In this document: one piece after another, positions 28,193 through 36,919 of the stretch
How positions within the stretch are numbered: the first letter of the stretch is position 1
How the letters are laid out: every line of letters begins with the position of its first letter
From: an uncultured Clostridia bacterium
GTDB taxonomy: Bacteria; Bacillota; Clostridia; Christensenellales; UBA1242
Assembly (NCBI GenBank): GCA_944349925.1
Contig: CALVNT010000037.1
Span: forward strand, 871-64,870
Reading direction: 5' to 3'
Length of the DNA stretch: 64,000 nt
Translations under genes and position numbers: made by a program
The notes under the pieces: model-generated
The model's database searches: none
What the model saw: the letters and a program-made list of their open reading frames with translations, nothing else
Told to the model about the DNA's origin: nothing

Positions 28193-31172
28193 TATTCACC
28201 TCCTTAAAGTCTCTAAATGTTTTCAGTCTAATCCCGCTGTCTTTTCGATACATGCAAATTCCACCAAATACGCAGTGCTCACAAGCGTCGGCGTCGGGCA
28301 TCGGCTTTACAAAACCTTCCAAAATTTCTTTGCAAGCCCCTTTTGCCACTTCCCAAGCGTAATTTTGATAAAAACTAAGTGGCATTTTTGAAATAGCGTT
28401 GCCTGTATATGAGCCTGATTTTGAAAGAGCAATTGATAAAATTTCGCTTTTAGCCCCTTCGGTTAAATATTTATCAAAAAGTTTTAAATTTTCATCATCT
28501 TTTTCAACAAGACCTTTTAATAAACTTTTCCCGCCTTCACTATCTTCATAATCAAACTTGCAATCAAAATAAAAAACACTACCACAATGCTTGTTTAATT
28601 TTTCTTGCATAACTTTTGCATATAAAAATAATTGCAATTTGTTTCCATAATAAAGATCTTTCAACAATGATTTAGGCTTGCCTGTTTTATAATCAATAAT
28701 TCTAAAATATTCTTCTGCCACATCAATTCTATCTATTTTCCCAATAAAATTTAAGTTTTCGGAAATATTAGCGACCACCTTTTCCTCTAAACTATATGGT
28801 CTAAAACATGACGCTTGCATTTCTCTGCAAACATTTTCTAAGATTGTTTTTAATTGTTTCTTTAAAAATTTGACTAAGCCATCTTTTTCACATAACAAAT
28901 CTAATTTCTTTTGTAAACCTTGGCTTTCTATAATTTTATCAAAATTTAAATTGATAAAACTATCAACAATGCCATAATCAAAAGAAAACTCTTTGTTAAT
29001 ATATTGATTTACAAAAAGCTCAACTGCTTTATGGCAAATATTTCCAACATCTCTTTGGTCGAAGGCAAAAATTTCTTTTTCTTTTAAATTTAAGCCATAC
29101 CTTACAAAATGCTTAAACGGGCAAGAAAAATAAGTTTCAAGTTGAGTTACGGAGACATAATTATTTTTAAAAAACAATTTTGTTTGCAAATTTTTTTCAG
29201 TTTTTGTACTATTCAAAATCTCATACTTTTTCAAATTGGCAATACAACCGATTCGGTCTACAAGGTCACTTTCTTTAGTAAAAATTTTTGCAATTTGTTT
29301 TGTTTTTGTTTGAAATGTTTGATTTAATTGTTCAACAAAACTTGGCAAGGCATTTATTTTTCCTTCATCATTTAATAATTGAAAGCTTACAGCAACACTT
29401 TTCCAATTTTGAGTAAGCAAATTAAAAAGAGAAAAACGATTTCGCCTATTTATCATTCTGCTAGTAGGCTGGACAACTTTTTTGCAAATTGGGTTTTCTA
29501 TATCCCTATCACTTAAAATCGCGTTGTCACCAATAATTTTTGGAAGATTTTGCCCGCCTATAACAAACAAATTTTTTCCTTCTTCAAAAAAACTTTCCGT
29601 TGCATCTCCAACCATAATCCCATCAACTAAAGTTGGCACAGAAGAAATTTCTTTTGCGCTTAATATAAGTTCCAACTCTTTTGCTAGCTCCGCAAAATCT
29701 GCTTCATCATTCGGTGAAGAAGCATTTTGTATAAGTTGAACTGTTTTGCTGACAATATCAAAACTTTGTGCTTCAATATTTTCTTCTTTATATAGTTGTT
29801 TTTCGTGTAAGAAAATTAAATATTTTTGATAATTTGGATATATTTCGTTTAAAAAATTTTTAACCATATCAATAAGTTGATTAAAGGTTTTAATTTCTTG
29901 AAATTTATATAAGTATTTAGAAAAATTGTCTACAGAGCTAAAGAATTTGTCAAATTTCCATTTTCCATCAATCTGTTTTTGTATAATTTGTTCGATTATA
30001 TTTTTATTGTCCTGTGTTTGTAAAAGAGCGTTTGTGTAAAAATTTAAAAGACTTTCTTTTGAATAATTATGTATTTTTATATTTAACAAGGAAATAACCG
30101 CTCTAGCTAAAAGAGTTTGAAATGCATTTATGGAGTCGTCTAGAAAATAATTAAATTCGTATTTAGAAAAGATTTCATCAATAAGCTCTTTGTAGTCATC
30201 AAGTTGCCCAACTGCCACTGCAAAATCAGAAAACTTGTTCCCTTTTCGTATTTTTGACATTATAATTTTTGCAATATTTTCTACTTCTTGTCTTTTAGAA
30301 AAAGCGCTATAACTTTTAAAATAATCATCAACATTTACTGCGGGCGTTATTTGACAAGAATATAAATTTATAAGCACGCTCTCTTGTCCATTACTTTTTT
30401 TTAAGTTTCCTTCAAACACTTCTATTTGGTACTTATTTTCATTACATATTTTAATTATTTTTTCTTTTATATCATTTTCATATATATATTTGTTACCAAT
30501 AGTTTTTGGACTTGCAAACGAAATGTTTGTTTCTAGAGCACCATCGACAACAAATTTAATTATTTCATACATCTGTGAAGTAAAACTATCAAACTGAGCA
30601 AAATAAATTTTTGTTTTTGCCAAATAGTCTTTGGCAGAAGGATATTTTAAAAGTTGCTCAAAAAGTGATGCCGGATCAAGATTGTCACCGACTAACGAAA
30701 GATATTTTTCATATAATAGTGCAATATCGTGAAATTTATTTTTAGAAGTTGCAGATAAAAAACTCATTTTGTTAATATCTTCTGGAAAAATTCTGGAAGA
30801 TCCTAAAAGAGAGATTGCTTTAAAAATTTGATTACAAAAATTTATATTACTCTTTTTAAAATATAAAAATTCTTTTTGCTCCTCTTTTGCCGCCTTTTTC
30901 ACAAGCAACAGCCGTTCTCCAGCAGTGAGCATTTCTTGATTAACGCCGCTTTTTCTTAAGAGATCTATAGCGAAATTTGAAAAAGTAGTAACCCTTACAT
31001 TAAAAAGTATGCCTCCTGGTAAAAGCGACAACAATTTTTTTTCAGCCAAAAGCGAAAACCTGTCTGGCACAATAATCAAATGTTCTATTTCGTAATCACT
31101 ATTGTCGATGTGCGAAAACATAAAATTTGTTGCACAAGTAAGATTTTCTTCAACCCAAAGATTAACCTTCAT
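28176..31172 (-). CDS. addB: helicase/nuclease subunit B (AddB/RexB), Walker A absent
   Basis: Immediately upstream of and overlapping addA. Nuclease motif IIDYKTGK. Fe-S cysteines CPFKHF ... CEHCVFGGIC. The N-terminus reads VEENLTCAT where AddB normally has GRSGSGKT. Confidence 0.8.
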   Translation of the reverse strand: MKVNLWVEENLTCATNFMFSHIDNSDYEIEHLIIVPDRFSLLAEKKLLSLLPGGILFNVRVTTFSNFAIDLLRKSGVNQEMLTAGERLLLVKKAAKEEQKEFLYFKKSNINFCNQIFKAISLLGSSRIFPEDINKMSFLSATSKNKFHDIALLYEKYLSLVGDNLDPASLFEQLLKYPSAKDYLAKTKIYFAQFDSFTSQMYEIIKFVVDGALETNISFASPKTIGNKYIYENDIKEKIIKICNENKYQIEVFEGNLKKSNGQESVLINLYSCQITPAVNVDDYFKSYSAFSKRQEVENIAKIIMSKIRKGNKFSDFAVAVGQLDDYKELIDEIFSKYEFNYFLDDSINAFQTLLARAVISLLNIKIHNYSKESLLNFYTNALLQTQDNKNIIEQIIQKQIDGKWKFDKFFSSVDNFSKYLYKFQEIKTFNQLIDMVKNFLNEIYPNYQKYLIFLHEKQLYKEENIEAQSFDIVSKTVQLIQNASSPNDEADFAELAKELELILSAKEISSVPTLVDGIMVGDATESFFEEGKNLFVIGGQNLPKIIGDNAILSDRDIENPICKKVVQPTSRMINRRNRFSLFNLLTQNWKSVAVSFQLLNDEGKINALPSFVEQLNQTFQTKTKQIAKIFTKESDLVDRIGCIANLKKYEILNSTKTEKNLQTKLFFKNNYVSVTQLETYFSCPFKHFVRYGLNLKEKEIFAFDQRDVGNICHKAVELFVNQYINKEFSFDYGIVDSFINLNFDKIIESQGLQKKLDLLCEKDGLVKFLKKQLKTILENVCREMQASCFRPYSLEEKVVANISENLNFIGKIDRIDVAEEYFRIIDYKTGKPKSLLKDLYYGNKLQLFLYAKVMQEKLNKHCGSVFYFDCKFDYEDSEGGKSLLKGLVEKDDENLKLFDKYLTEGAKSEILSIALSKSGSYTGNAISKMPLSFYQNYAWEVAKGACKEILEGFVKPMPDADACEHCVFGGICMYRKDSGIRLKTFRDFKEVNNGTDK

Positions 31173-31187
31173 GGAGTTATTTTATCA
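31173..31187 (-). promoter_or_regulatory. extended -10 TGaTAAAAT placed 6 nt before the addB ATG (candidate leaderless)
   Basis: Minus strand reads TATGATAAAAT-AACTCC-ATG; no SD. Confidence 0.5.
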
Positions 31188-31226
31188 TATTCAGTTGATT
31201 TAATCAACAAAACAAAAATAAAATGG

Positions 31227-31973
31227 CTAAACATTTTCAGCCACTTTTGTTTTTTTTAGAGAAAGCAAATTTGCTTTTTCGCATTTTAATTTTATCATTT
31301 TTTGATTTAAACTTTGATTTTCTTTTCGCAGTTTTTCAAATTTTTCTTTTAAAGACAACAACTGACTATCTTTTTCGCCCAACATCACAATAGCTTTTCT
31401 AAGCTTTTCATTTAACCCTTCCTTTTCTTTGGCCTGCTTTTCCTCTAAATCACTTGCAATATTTCTTCTTATCAAACGGACAAGCCCCATAAAAAGTGAA
31501 GTTATATCATTTTCGCTAAGCCCTTGTTTGCGACTTGTAAATCTAATAATATTGTTTTGCTCAGCGCTTTGCCCTGATTGTGCTTTGGTGAAATTTCGAT
31601 ATTTGTTTTGATACCTAAGCATAACAGTTGGATCTCCATTGGAAAGCTCATAGCAGGCACTTCTAACACTTTTACCTTGGTTTTTCAACATATCTATTTT
31701 GTTAACAAGGTTTTGCTCCTCAATCTTTGAAAAACTTTCACTTTTATTTTTTTTATGCAACTCTAGATTTATTTTCAACTTTTCCAGTCTTTCCGAATCA
31801 TTTGATAATTTGTCAATTTCTTGATAATAATAATTTCTCACCGAATTTGGTTTTCTATTGTATTTTTTAGCATGCTCCTCAAATGCGTTTCTAAGAGCAA
31901 TTCCTTGTGCTTTTTTTTGCTCTACTGATAAAAAAAGTTCGCAAACCTCTTTATTAGCCCAAATGCCTTTCAT
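31227..31973 (-). CDS. hypothetical protein with C-terminal coiled coil (possible Myb/RsfA-like N-terminus)
   Basis: Start set at MKGIWANKE after AAGGAG. W..E...F....G..L..AFEEHAKKY pattern; low-confidence family guess. Confidence 0.5.
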   Translation of the reverse strand: MKGIWANKEVCELFLSVEQKKAQGIALRNAFEEHAKKYNRKPNSVRNYYYQEIDKLSNDSERLEKLKINLELHKKNKSESFSKIEEQNLVNKIDMLKNQGKSVRSACYELSNGDPTVMLRYQNKYRNFTKAQSGQSAEQNNIIRFTSRKQGLSENDITSLFMGLVRLIRRNIASDLEEKQAKEKEGLNEKLRKAIVMLGEKDSQLLSLKEKFEKLRKENQSLNQKMIKLKCEKANLLSLKKTKVAENV

Positions 31974-32065
31974 AATCTTTTCTCCTTTGTATAATTTATT
32001 GACAGAGATATTTGTTTTAAACATTTTTTTTGCATTAAATTCAAATATGCAGAGTAAAATATGAT

Positions 32066-32899
32066 ATGTTTAAGATATATTCACAATTTGATTGTTTGTT
32101 AAACTATAACGGCAAAGAAGTTTTTCTATCTGAAAACGAGAATCTTGATATAGAAACACCTTTAAAAATAAACGTTTATCCTCTTAACAATAAGCTTTCA
32201 TTTGTTTTAGACCTTGAAAATTTAACTGATAATCAATTTTACAAAACAAAAAAAGATAATGATACAACCTATATTGTTTTAGTTCAATCTTTTTTTGTCC
32301 ACAAAGAAGATATACATTCCTTCAAAAACTCTCCTTACCCTTTTGAAGTTTCGGTTTCTAAATCGGAAATTTCTTTTACCTCATCTTTTGCCAAAAAGAC
32401 AATGGCCCTACCGCCTTATACTAGTTACAAGGTTTCAAAAATTAAAAATCTTTGCGTTTGCATTTTTGATAATAACAATTATTCTTTTATTGTTGTATAT
32501 AATCCTAAAAATGACAAAATAAAAACTTTTAATGATGTTGACACTTTTTCTGACGATAAATTCATTATAAAAGAAGATTATTTTGATTTAGAATATAAAA
32601 TAGATAATGACGGTTTGAAAAATTCTTCGTTTACTTTAAATAAACCAATCCCTGAAGAGTTGATCGCATATCAATTTATGCTATCAGTCAAATTGCAAGG
32701 CTACGATTTTGCTTTTTCATTGCTTTCAAAAAATATGCAAGAAAAAATATCTACAAAGGATTTACGAGAATTTTTATCTGATATAAAGTTTTTTAAATTT
32801 ATAAAAAAAGACAAATGCTTGGCTCTTTCAGCTTCTGATACAATTATTTTATCTTTCAATATAAACAATAACAAAATAGAAGATATTTCTAGCGATTAA
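32066..32899 (+). CDS. hypothetical protein (277 aa)
   Basis: Long ORF with no recognisable motif and no SD. Confidence 0.5.
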   Translation: MFKIYSQFDCLLNYNGKEVFLSENENLDIETPLKINVYPLNNKLSFVLDLENLTDNQFYKTKKDNDTTYIVLVQSFFVHKEDIHSFKNSPYPFEVSVSKSEISFTSSFAKKTMALPPYTSYKVSKIKNLCVCIFDNNNYSFIVVYNPKNDKIKTFNDVDTFSDDKFIIKEDYFDLEYKIDNDGLKNSSFTLNKPIPEELIAYQFMLSVKLQGYDFAFSLLSKNMQEKISTKDLREFLSDIKFFKFIKKDKCLALSASDTIILSFNINNNKIEDISSD

Positions 32900-33416
32900 A
32901 ATCTTCTAAATATCGATCTTCACCATATTCTTTCATCCATTTTGATATTATGCAATCTTGCGGAAAGTCTCCTGCCGTCAAAAAATCAATAAGATTAACA
33001 AACTCTTTGGTTTCTGCAAATAAAACTTTCTGCAAGATTTTTACGGGATAAAATAGATCCATATCATTGTGCTTATAACTTAAAACTTTGCAGTCAAAAC
33101 TTTGGTCATTATCTATAAAAACATTGACGCCTTTATCATATAAAATTTTTTTGAATAAAAAAAGCTCTTGAGTGCTAGGTTCAATAAATTTACATCTTAA
33201 CAAAATGTTAAAAAAATCCATAAAAAACACAATAACATTTTCTAACGATAAAGATTCAAAAGCAAATCTTATTTTGGAAATATCGTTAGCAAATGAGAGC
33301 ATTTGTTTTGAGTTTTTAAAGCTAATGCTTTGCCAAATTTGTTTTTTAAGTTCACTTTGCAAAGTGACATATTTTTCTTCTAAAGAAATAGGTTTAATCC
33401 AATCTGAATGTTTCAT
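32889..33416 (-). CDS. hypothetical protein (175 aa)
   Basis: ORF with AAGGA SD; convergent with the previous gene and overlapping it by 11 nt. Confidence 0.5.
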   Translation of the reverse strand: MKHSDWIKPISLEEKYVTLQSELKKQIWQSISFKNSKQMLSFANDISKIRFAFESLSLENVIVFFMDFFNILLRCKFIEPSTQELFLFKKILYDKGVNVFIDNDQSFDCKVLSYKHNDMDLFYPVKILQKVLFAETKEFVNLIDFLTAGDFPQDCIISKWMKEYGEDRYLEDFNR

Positions 33417-33526
33417 AAAAATCCTTTTTTAATATGATAAAACAAAAATAATAAAAAAGTAAGAAGATTATTGTCGAAAAAAAAGCAATTTTGTCAATAA
33501 AAAAATAAAAAAAATACAAAAAACAC

Positions 33527-33555
33527 TTGAAAAAAGCAAACAAAATGTGTATAAT
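33527..33555 (+). promoter_or_regulatory. tRNA-Ser promoter TTGAAA-17-TATAAT
   Basis: Hexamers at 33527-33532 and 33550-33555, 16 nt upstream of the tRNA 5' end. Confidence 0.6.
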
Positions 33556-33571
33556 AGGCTTGTTAACAAAT

Positions 33572-33659
33572 GGAAGGATGGCTGAGCGGTCGAAAGCGGC
33601 GGTCTTGAAAACCGTTGATGTGAAAGCATCCTGGGGTTCGAATCCCTATCCTTCCGCCA
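33572..33659 (+). tRNA. tRNA-Ser(UGA)
   Basis: GGAAGGATGGCTGAGCGGTCGAAAGCGGCGGTCTTGAAAACCGTTGATGTGAAAGCATCCTGGGGTTCGAATCCCTATCCTTCCGCCA. Long variable arm, anticodon loop CTTGAAA, encoded CCA. Confidence 0.9.
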
Positions 33660-33706
33660 TAGACTTGTCCATCCGTACCAATTCTGGTATGGGTGGAATT
33701 TTTTAT
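33652..33706 (+). repeat. direct repeat copy 1 (attL-like): last 8 nt of tRNA-Ser plus terminator hairpin
   Basis: TTCCGCCATAGACTTGTCCATCCGTACCAATTCTGGTATGGGTGGAATTTTTTAT. A 12-bp stem (33669-33680 / 33685-33696) is followed by a T-run. Confidence 0.8.
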
Positions 33707-33771
33707 TAGATAATTTTATATAATTGCATTTATTTAAATTGTGATTTATAATAATTAAACGGAGAGATAAA

Positions 33772-34557
33772 ATGTTATATGATTATTCTAAAAATATTAT
33801 AATATGTGAAGATAGAAAGCAAGTTATTAATAGTAAAATATATTTTCAAATACAATGCATTCATGGTTATAAAGATATATATGCTAAGCGTTTTATAAAT
33901 AAAGGTGAATACGGAGGTTTTGTTCATTCAAGTATTTCGAAAATTACTAATTGGATTGAAGAAAATGACATTTTGGGTATGCCGATAACTGAAATTTGTT
34001 ATATCCAGAAAGTATCTTCTTATTGTAAATATAGAAAAAGTAATTTATTAAATCATGTAAATTTTGTTAAAGAATATGTAAATTTTTGTATGTATAATAA
34101 GAAAGGAACTTCTGAACATAGCAAAATAAATGCACATCTTTGGAATTCGCAAAGAATATTAGGGATGATAGAAGAATTAAAACAAAATGAAGAAATTATT
34201 ATTAATCAACATACTGAAATATCTGATGCAAAAAAAATAGTACTTTGGCTTCTTTTAGGAGCTATTTCTGAAGCAATTCTAAAATTACATATCATATTAA
34301 CGAGAGAGAAGTATAAAGATTTTGAAAAATCAGATTATGAAAAACTAAAAGTTAAAGATATAATAAATAAAATGTATGAACAAAAAGACATTTCAAAAGA
34401 AGATAGCATCTTTTTACATAAATTAAATGGCAATAGAAACATGATACATATATTAAATAACGAAAATATTTATAATTACGAAGAATATTGTATTGCAATA
34501 GATAATCTATTTCAAATATTAACAGATTTATATAATATACAAAAAAGTATGATTTAA
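33772..34557 (+). CDS. hypothetical protein (261 aa), first island gene
   Basis: GGAGAG SD; no family recognised. Confidence 0.5.
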   Translation: MLYDYSKNIIICEDRKQVINSKIYFQIQCIHGYKDIYAKRFINKGEYGGFVHSSISKITNWIEENDILGMPITEICYIQKVSSYCKYRKSNLLNHVNFVKEYVNFCMYNKKGTSEHSKINAHLWNSQRILGMIEELKQNEEIIINQHTEISDAKKIVLWLLLGAISEAILKLHIILTREKYKDFEKSDYEKLKVKDIINKMYEQKDISKEDSIFLHKLNGNRNMIHILNNENIYNYEEYCIAIDNLFQILTDLYNIQKSMI

Positions 34558-34573
34558 TAATACTTTGATCAAA

Positions 34574-34599
34574 AAAGAGAACAATTCTATTGTTCTTTT
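34574..34599. terminator. bidirectional terminator (end of the 10-gene operon and of the 33772 gene)
   Basis: AGAACAAT-TCT-ATTGTTCT hairpin with flanking A and T runs. Confidence 0.65.
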
Positions 34600-34609
34600 G
34601 TCAATAAAT

Positions 34610-35182
34610 TCATAAATCTAATTTGTATTTAATTGTATTAAAAGCAATCTCAAAAACCTCATTTTGCGATAAAAAAGATGTGTCTATTATTAAGTGCTTA
34701 AGTCTATATTTTTTAATATATTGAATTAATTTTTTTTCGTCTGCATTTAAAATAATTTCATTTTGCAAATCAGAATCATGCGGATTTCGTTTTAAAAGCC
34801 TAGTTTTTCTTATTTCTGGAGTTGCTGTTAATAAAATTGTAAAATCAGGCTTTCCAAAATTTTTAATTGAATTTTTAAATATAAATTCACTAACTTTATT
34901 GCCATTCCAATAATAATTTAATAGAGCATGCCTGTCTAAAATTACATTTTTATTTTTATAATATTCAAGAGCATAATTATCGCCTATTGACAAAAACATC
35001 GCAGTTAATAAACTGTTATTATAATTAATTACTTTTTCAGAAATTTTTCTATAATCATTTTCAGAAATGTCATATAACTTGCACTCAGGGTGTTTAACAT
35101 ATTCATATTTCAATTTTTTTGATAATTGTAGGGCAAGCGACGTTTTGCCAACTCCATCATGTCCTTCAATTGCTATAATCAT
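34610..35182 (-). CDS. thymidylate-kinase-family P-loop nucleotide kinase
   Basis: MIIAIEGHDGVGKTSLA (P-loop), LDRHALLNYYW (DR[YH] motif region) and PDFTILLTATPEIRKTRLLKR (lid/PD..L region). Confidence 0.7.
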   Translation of the reverse strand: MIIAIEGHDGVGKTSLALQLSKKLKYEYVKHPECKLYDISENDYRKISEKVINYNNSLLTAMFLSIGDNYALEYYKNKNVILDRHALLNYYWNGNKVSEFIFKNSIKNFGKPDFTILLTATPEIRKTRLLKRNPHDSDLQNEIILNADEKKLIQYIKKYRLKHLIIDTSFLSQNEVFEIAFNTIKYKLDL

Positions 35183-35778
35183 TGTCCTTCTCTCCTTAAT
35201 AAAAATTTAGTTAATTTTTTATACAAATTGTCCTCATATAACAAAGTTTTGCAACCAGCTGTTTGTGGGTTTTTTATATCCATTTCCCAATTGTCACCAA
35301 TATGTAATATTTCTTGTGGGTCCATTTTAAACATAGTAGCTAATTTTTTAAATGCTATTGCCGGTTTACCTGCAATATGGAAATCTTCCAATGTTGATAT
35401 ACAAGTTTTAAATAATGCTTGATACTCTCCAAGTTCAAAATCTATAAATGTATGAGTAGTAGTAGAAAATATTACGCAAGGAATTTTACTTTTACTTATA
35501 AAGTCTAATATTTTTAAATCAAGTTTGGGTTTATCTATTTTTTCAAGCTCATATTTAGTATTAAAATTTAAAAGATTTTCCCAATATTTTTCATCATAAT
35601 ATTTAAAATCATACTTTCCTACTTCGTTAAAAAAAATTTTTAGATTGTCCTTTGCTTCTTGTATGCCAATATTATAATGCTTTGCGTATTTTTCAGGTAA
35701 AATTTTTAACCAGAATGTGTCAGAAAAATTGGAATTTGAAATAGTTCCTTGCAAATCAAAGCTTATTAATTTTATCAT
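35179..35778 (-). CDS. HAD-superfamily hydrolase (phosphatase-like)
   Basis: Motif I FDLQGT (Gln at Asp+2) and motif IV HIGDNWEMDI. Confidence 0.65.
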   Translation of the reverse strand: MIKLISFDLQGTISNSNFSDTFWLKILPEKYAKHYNIGIQEAKDNLKIFFNEVGKYDFKYYDEKYWENLLNFNTKYELEKIDKPKLDLKILDFISKSKIPCVIFSTTTHTFIDFELGEYQALFKTCISTLEDFHIAGKPAIAFKKLATMFKMDPQEILHIGDNWEMDIKNPQTAGCKTLLYEDNLYKKLTKFLLRREGQ

Positions 35779-36299
35779 CTTTTCTCCTTAACTTTTACAA
35801 GTGAGAAAATATCATATTCTTTTAAATCTTTTCTTCCATTTAAATATTCTAGCTCTGTTATATACACTAAAGCATTTACTTTTGCTTTTTGTTTTTTAAC
35901 TAGGTTAATTGCCGCCAAGCTAGCACCACTTCCAGCCATAATATCATAAATTATAGCACAATTATCATTCTCAATTAATGCGTCTACTTTTAATTGATAT
36001 TCAGCTTTACCGTATTCTTTGATAAATTTTTCGCTATAATAATCACCAGGAATTAAATTTGGCTTTCTTATAAGAACTAAAGGCAAGTTCAATAAATGGG
36101 CGATGATTGAACCAATAGTAAATCCTTTAGATTCTATAGCCACAATTTTTGTTATTTTTTTGTCTTTTAAAAACTCTAAAATTTTATTTATTGCCATATT
36201 TCTTGCACTTACATTTTTAAGTAGATAAGTAAAATCCCAATATTTAACACCCTCTTTAGGGAAATTGTCGTAACCTTTTACAAATTTTTCAAACTCCAT
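35775..36299 (-). CDS. adenine-phosphoribosyltransferase-like protein with altered PRPP loop
   Basis: Collinear with Apt: YDNFPKEGVKYWDFTYLL, ITKIVAIESKGFTIG, VLIRKPNLIP, EYGKAEYQLKVDAL. The PRPP loop IIYDIMAGSGAS replaces VVDDLLATGGT. Confidence 0.7.
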   Translation of the reverse strand: MEFEKFVKGYDNFPKEGVKYWDFTYLLKNVSARNMAINKILEFLKDKKITKIVAIESKGFTIGSIIAHLLNLPLVLIRKPNLIPGDYYSEKFIKEYGKAEYQLKVDALIENDNCAIIYDIMAGSGASLAAINLVKKQKAKVNALVYITELEYLNGRKDLKEYDIFSLVKVKEKR

Positions 36300-36304
36300 A
36301 AATA

Positions 36305-36919
36305 TTATTCCTCCATAAGTATTGCTCTTGATGGACCAGCATCAATGCCAGTTACTTTAATTGGTAAGCAAATAAGTTTATATTCTTTTTCAACCGTGTC
36401 TTTTAGCCTCAGATTATCTAAACAAATAATGTTTTTTTCCATAAAAATTCTATGTATTTTACATTCTCCATTTCTTTCAAAACTTTGATAATCATAACCT
36501 ACAAGAATTACACCCAAATCCCTTAGATATTCTGCTGCATCTTCTGTCAATGCAACATGTTCAGGATTGTATTTTTCCATTTTATCATATGAATTTTTAG
36601 TTTTTAAAAGTATTCTTTTTAAGTAAATATCTTTTTTCTGTAAGTCTTTTTTAGTTATCATATCATCTGCTTCTGTTAAATCTAACACTTGACAATCACC
36701 AATCAATACTTCAAATGGTACTTCATCACTTTTCCATTTATCATTAAACAAATAATACGGAGCATCTATGTGCGTTCCGGCGTGAGCACCAAAATCAAGC
36801 CACGTAAAGTTAACTGGTGCATCCGGTATTCGAGCTAATCGAATTAGCTTTGGTGGCTCATCATCTTTCCAGACAATAGTGCGTTCATTAAGCTCCATTG
36901 ATATATCAATAATATTCAT
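36305..36919 (-). CDS. cyclase-family protein (kynurenine-formamidase-like metal hydrolase)
   Basis: FGAHAGTHIDAPYY signature of the putative cyclase / KynB family. Confidence 0.7.
   Translation of the reverse strand: MNIIDISMELNERTIVWKDDEPPKLIRLARIPDAPVNFTWLDFGAHAGTHIDAPYYLFNDKWKSDEVPFEVLIGDCQVLDLTEADDMITKKDLQKKDIYLKRILLKTKNSYDKMEKYNPEHVALTEDAAEYLRDLGVILVGYDYQSFERNGECKIHRIFMEKNIICLDNLRLKDTVEKEYKLICLPIKVTGIDAGPSRAILMEE

Noticed and set aside
32055-32068. Leaderless geometry for the 32066 gene (TAAAAT-N5-ATG)
   Set aside because: There is no TG extension, no plausible -35, and a competing out-of-frame ATG at 32061. It is weaker than the other cases.
33527-33709. 60-aa ORF in the track overlapping tRNA-Ser
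   Set aside because: It is entirely explained by the tRNA gene and its terminator.
34421-34452. HEPN-like motif (LNGNRNMIHI) in the orphan island protein
   Set aside because: The spacing is Rx3H, not the Rx4-6H of HEPN RNases. This single weak motif is not enough.
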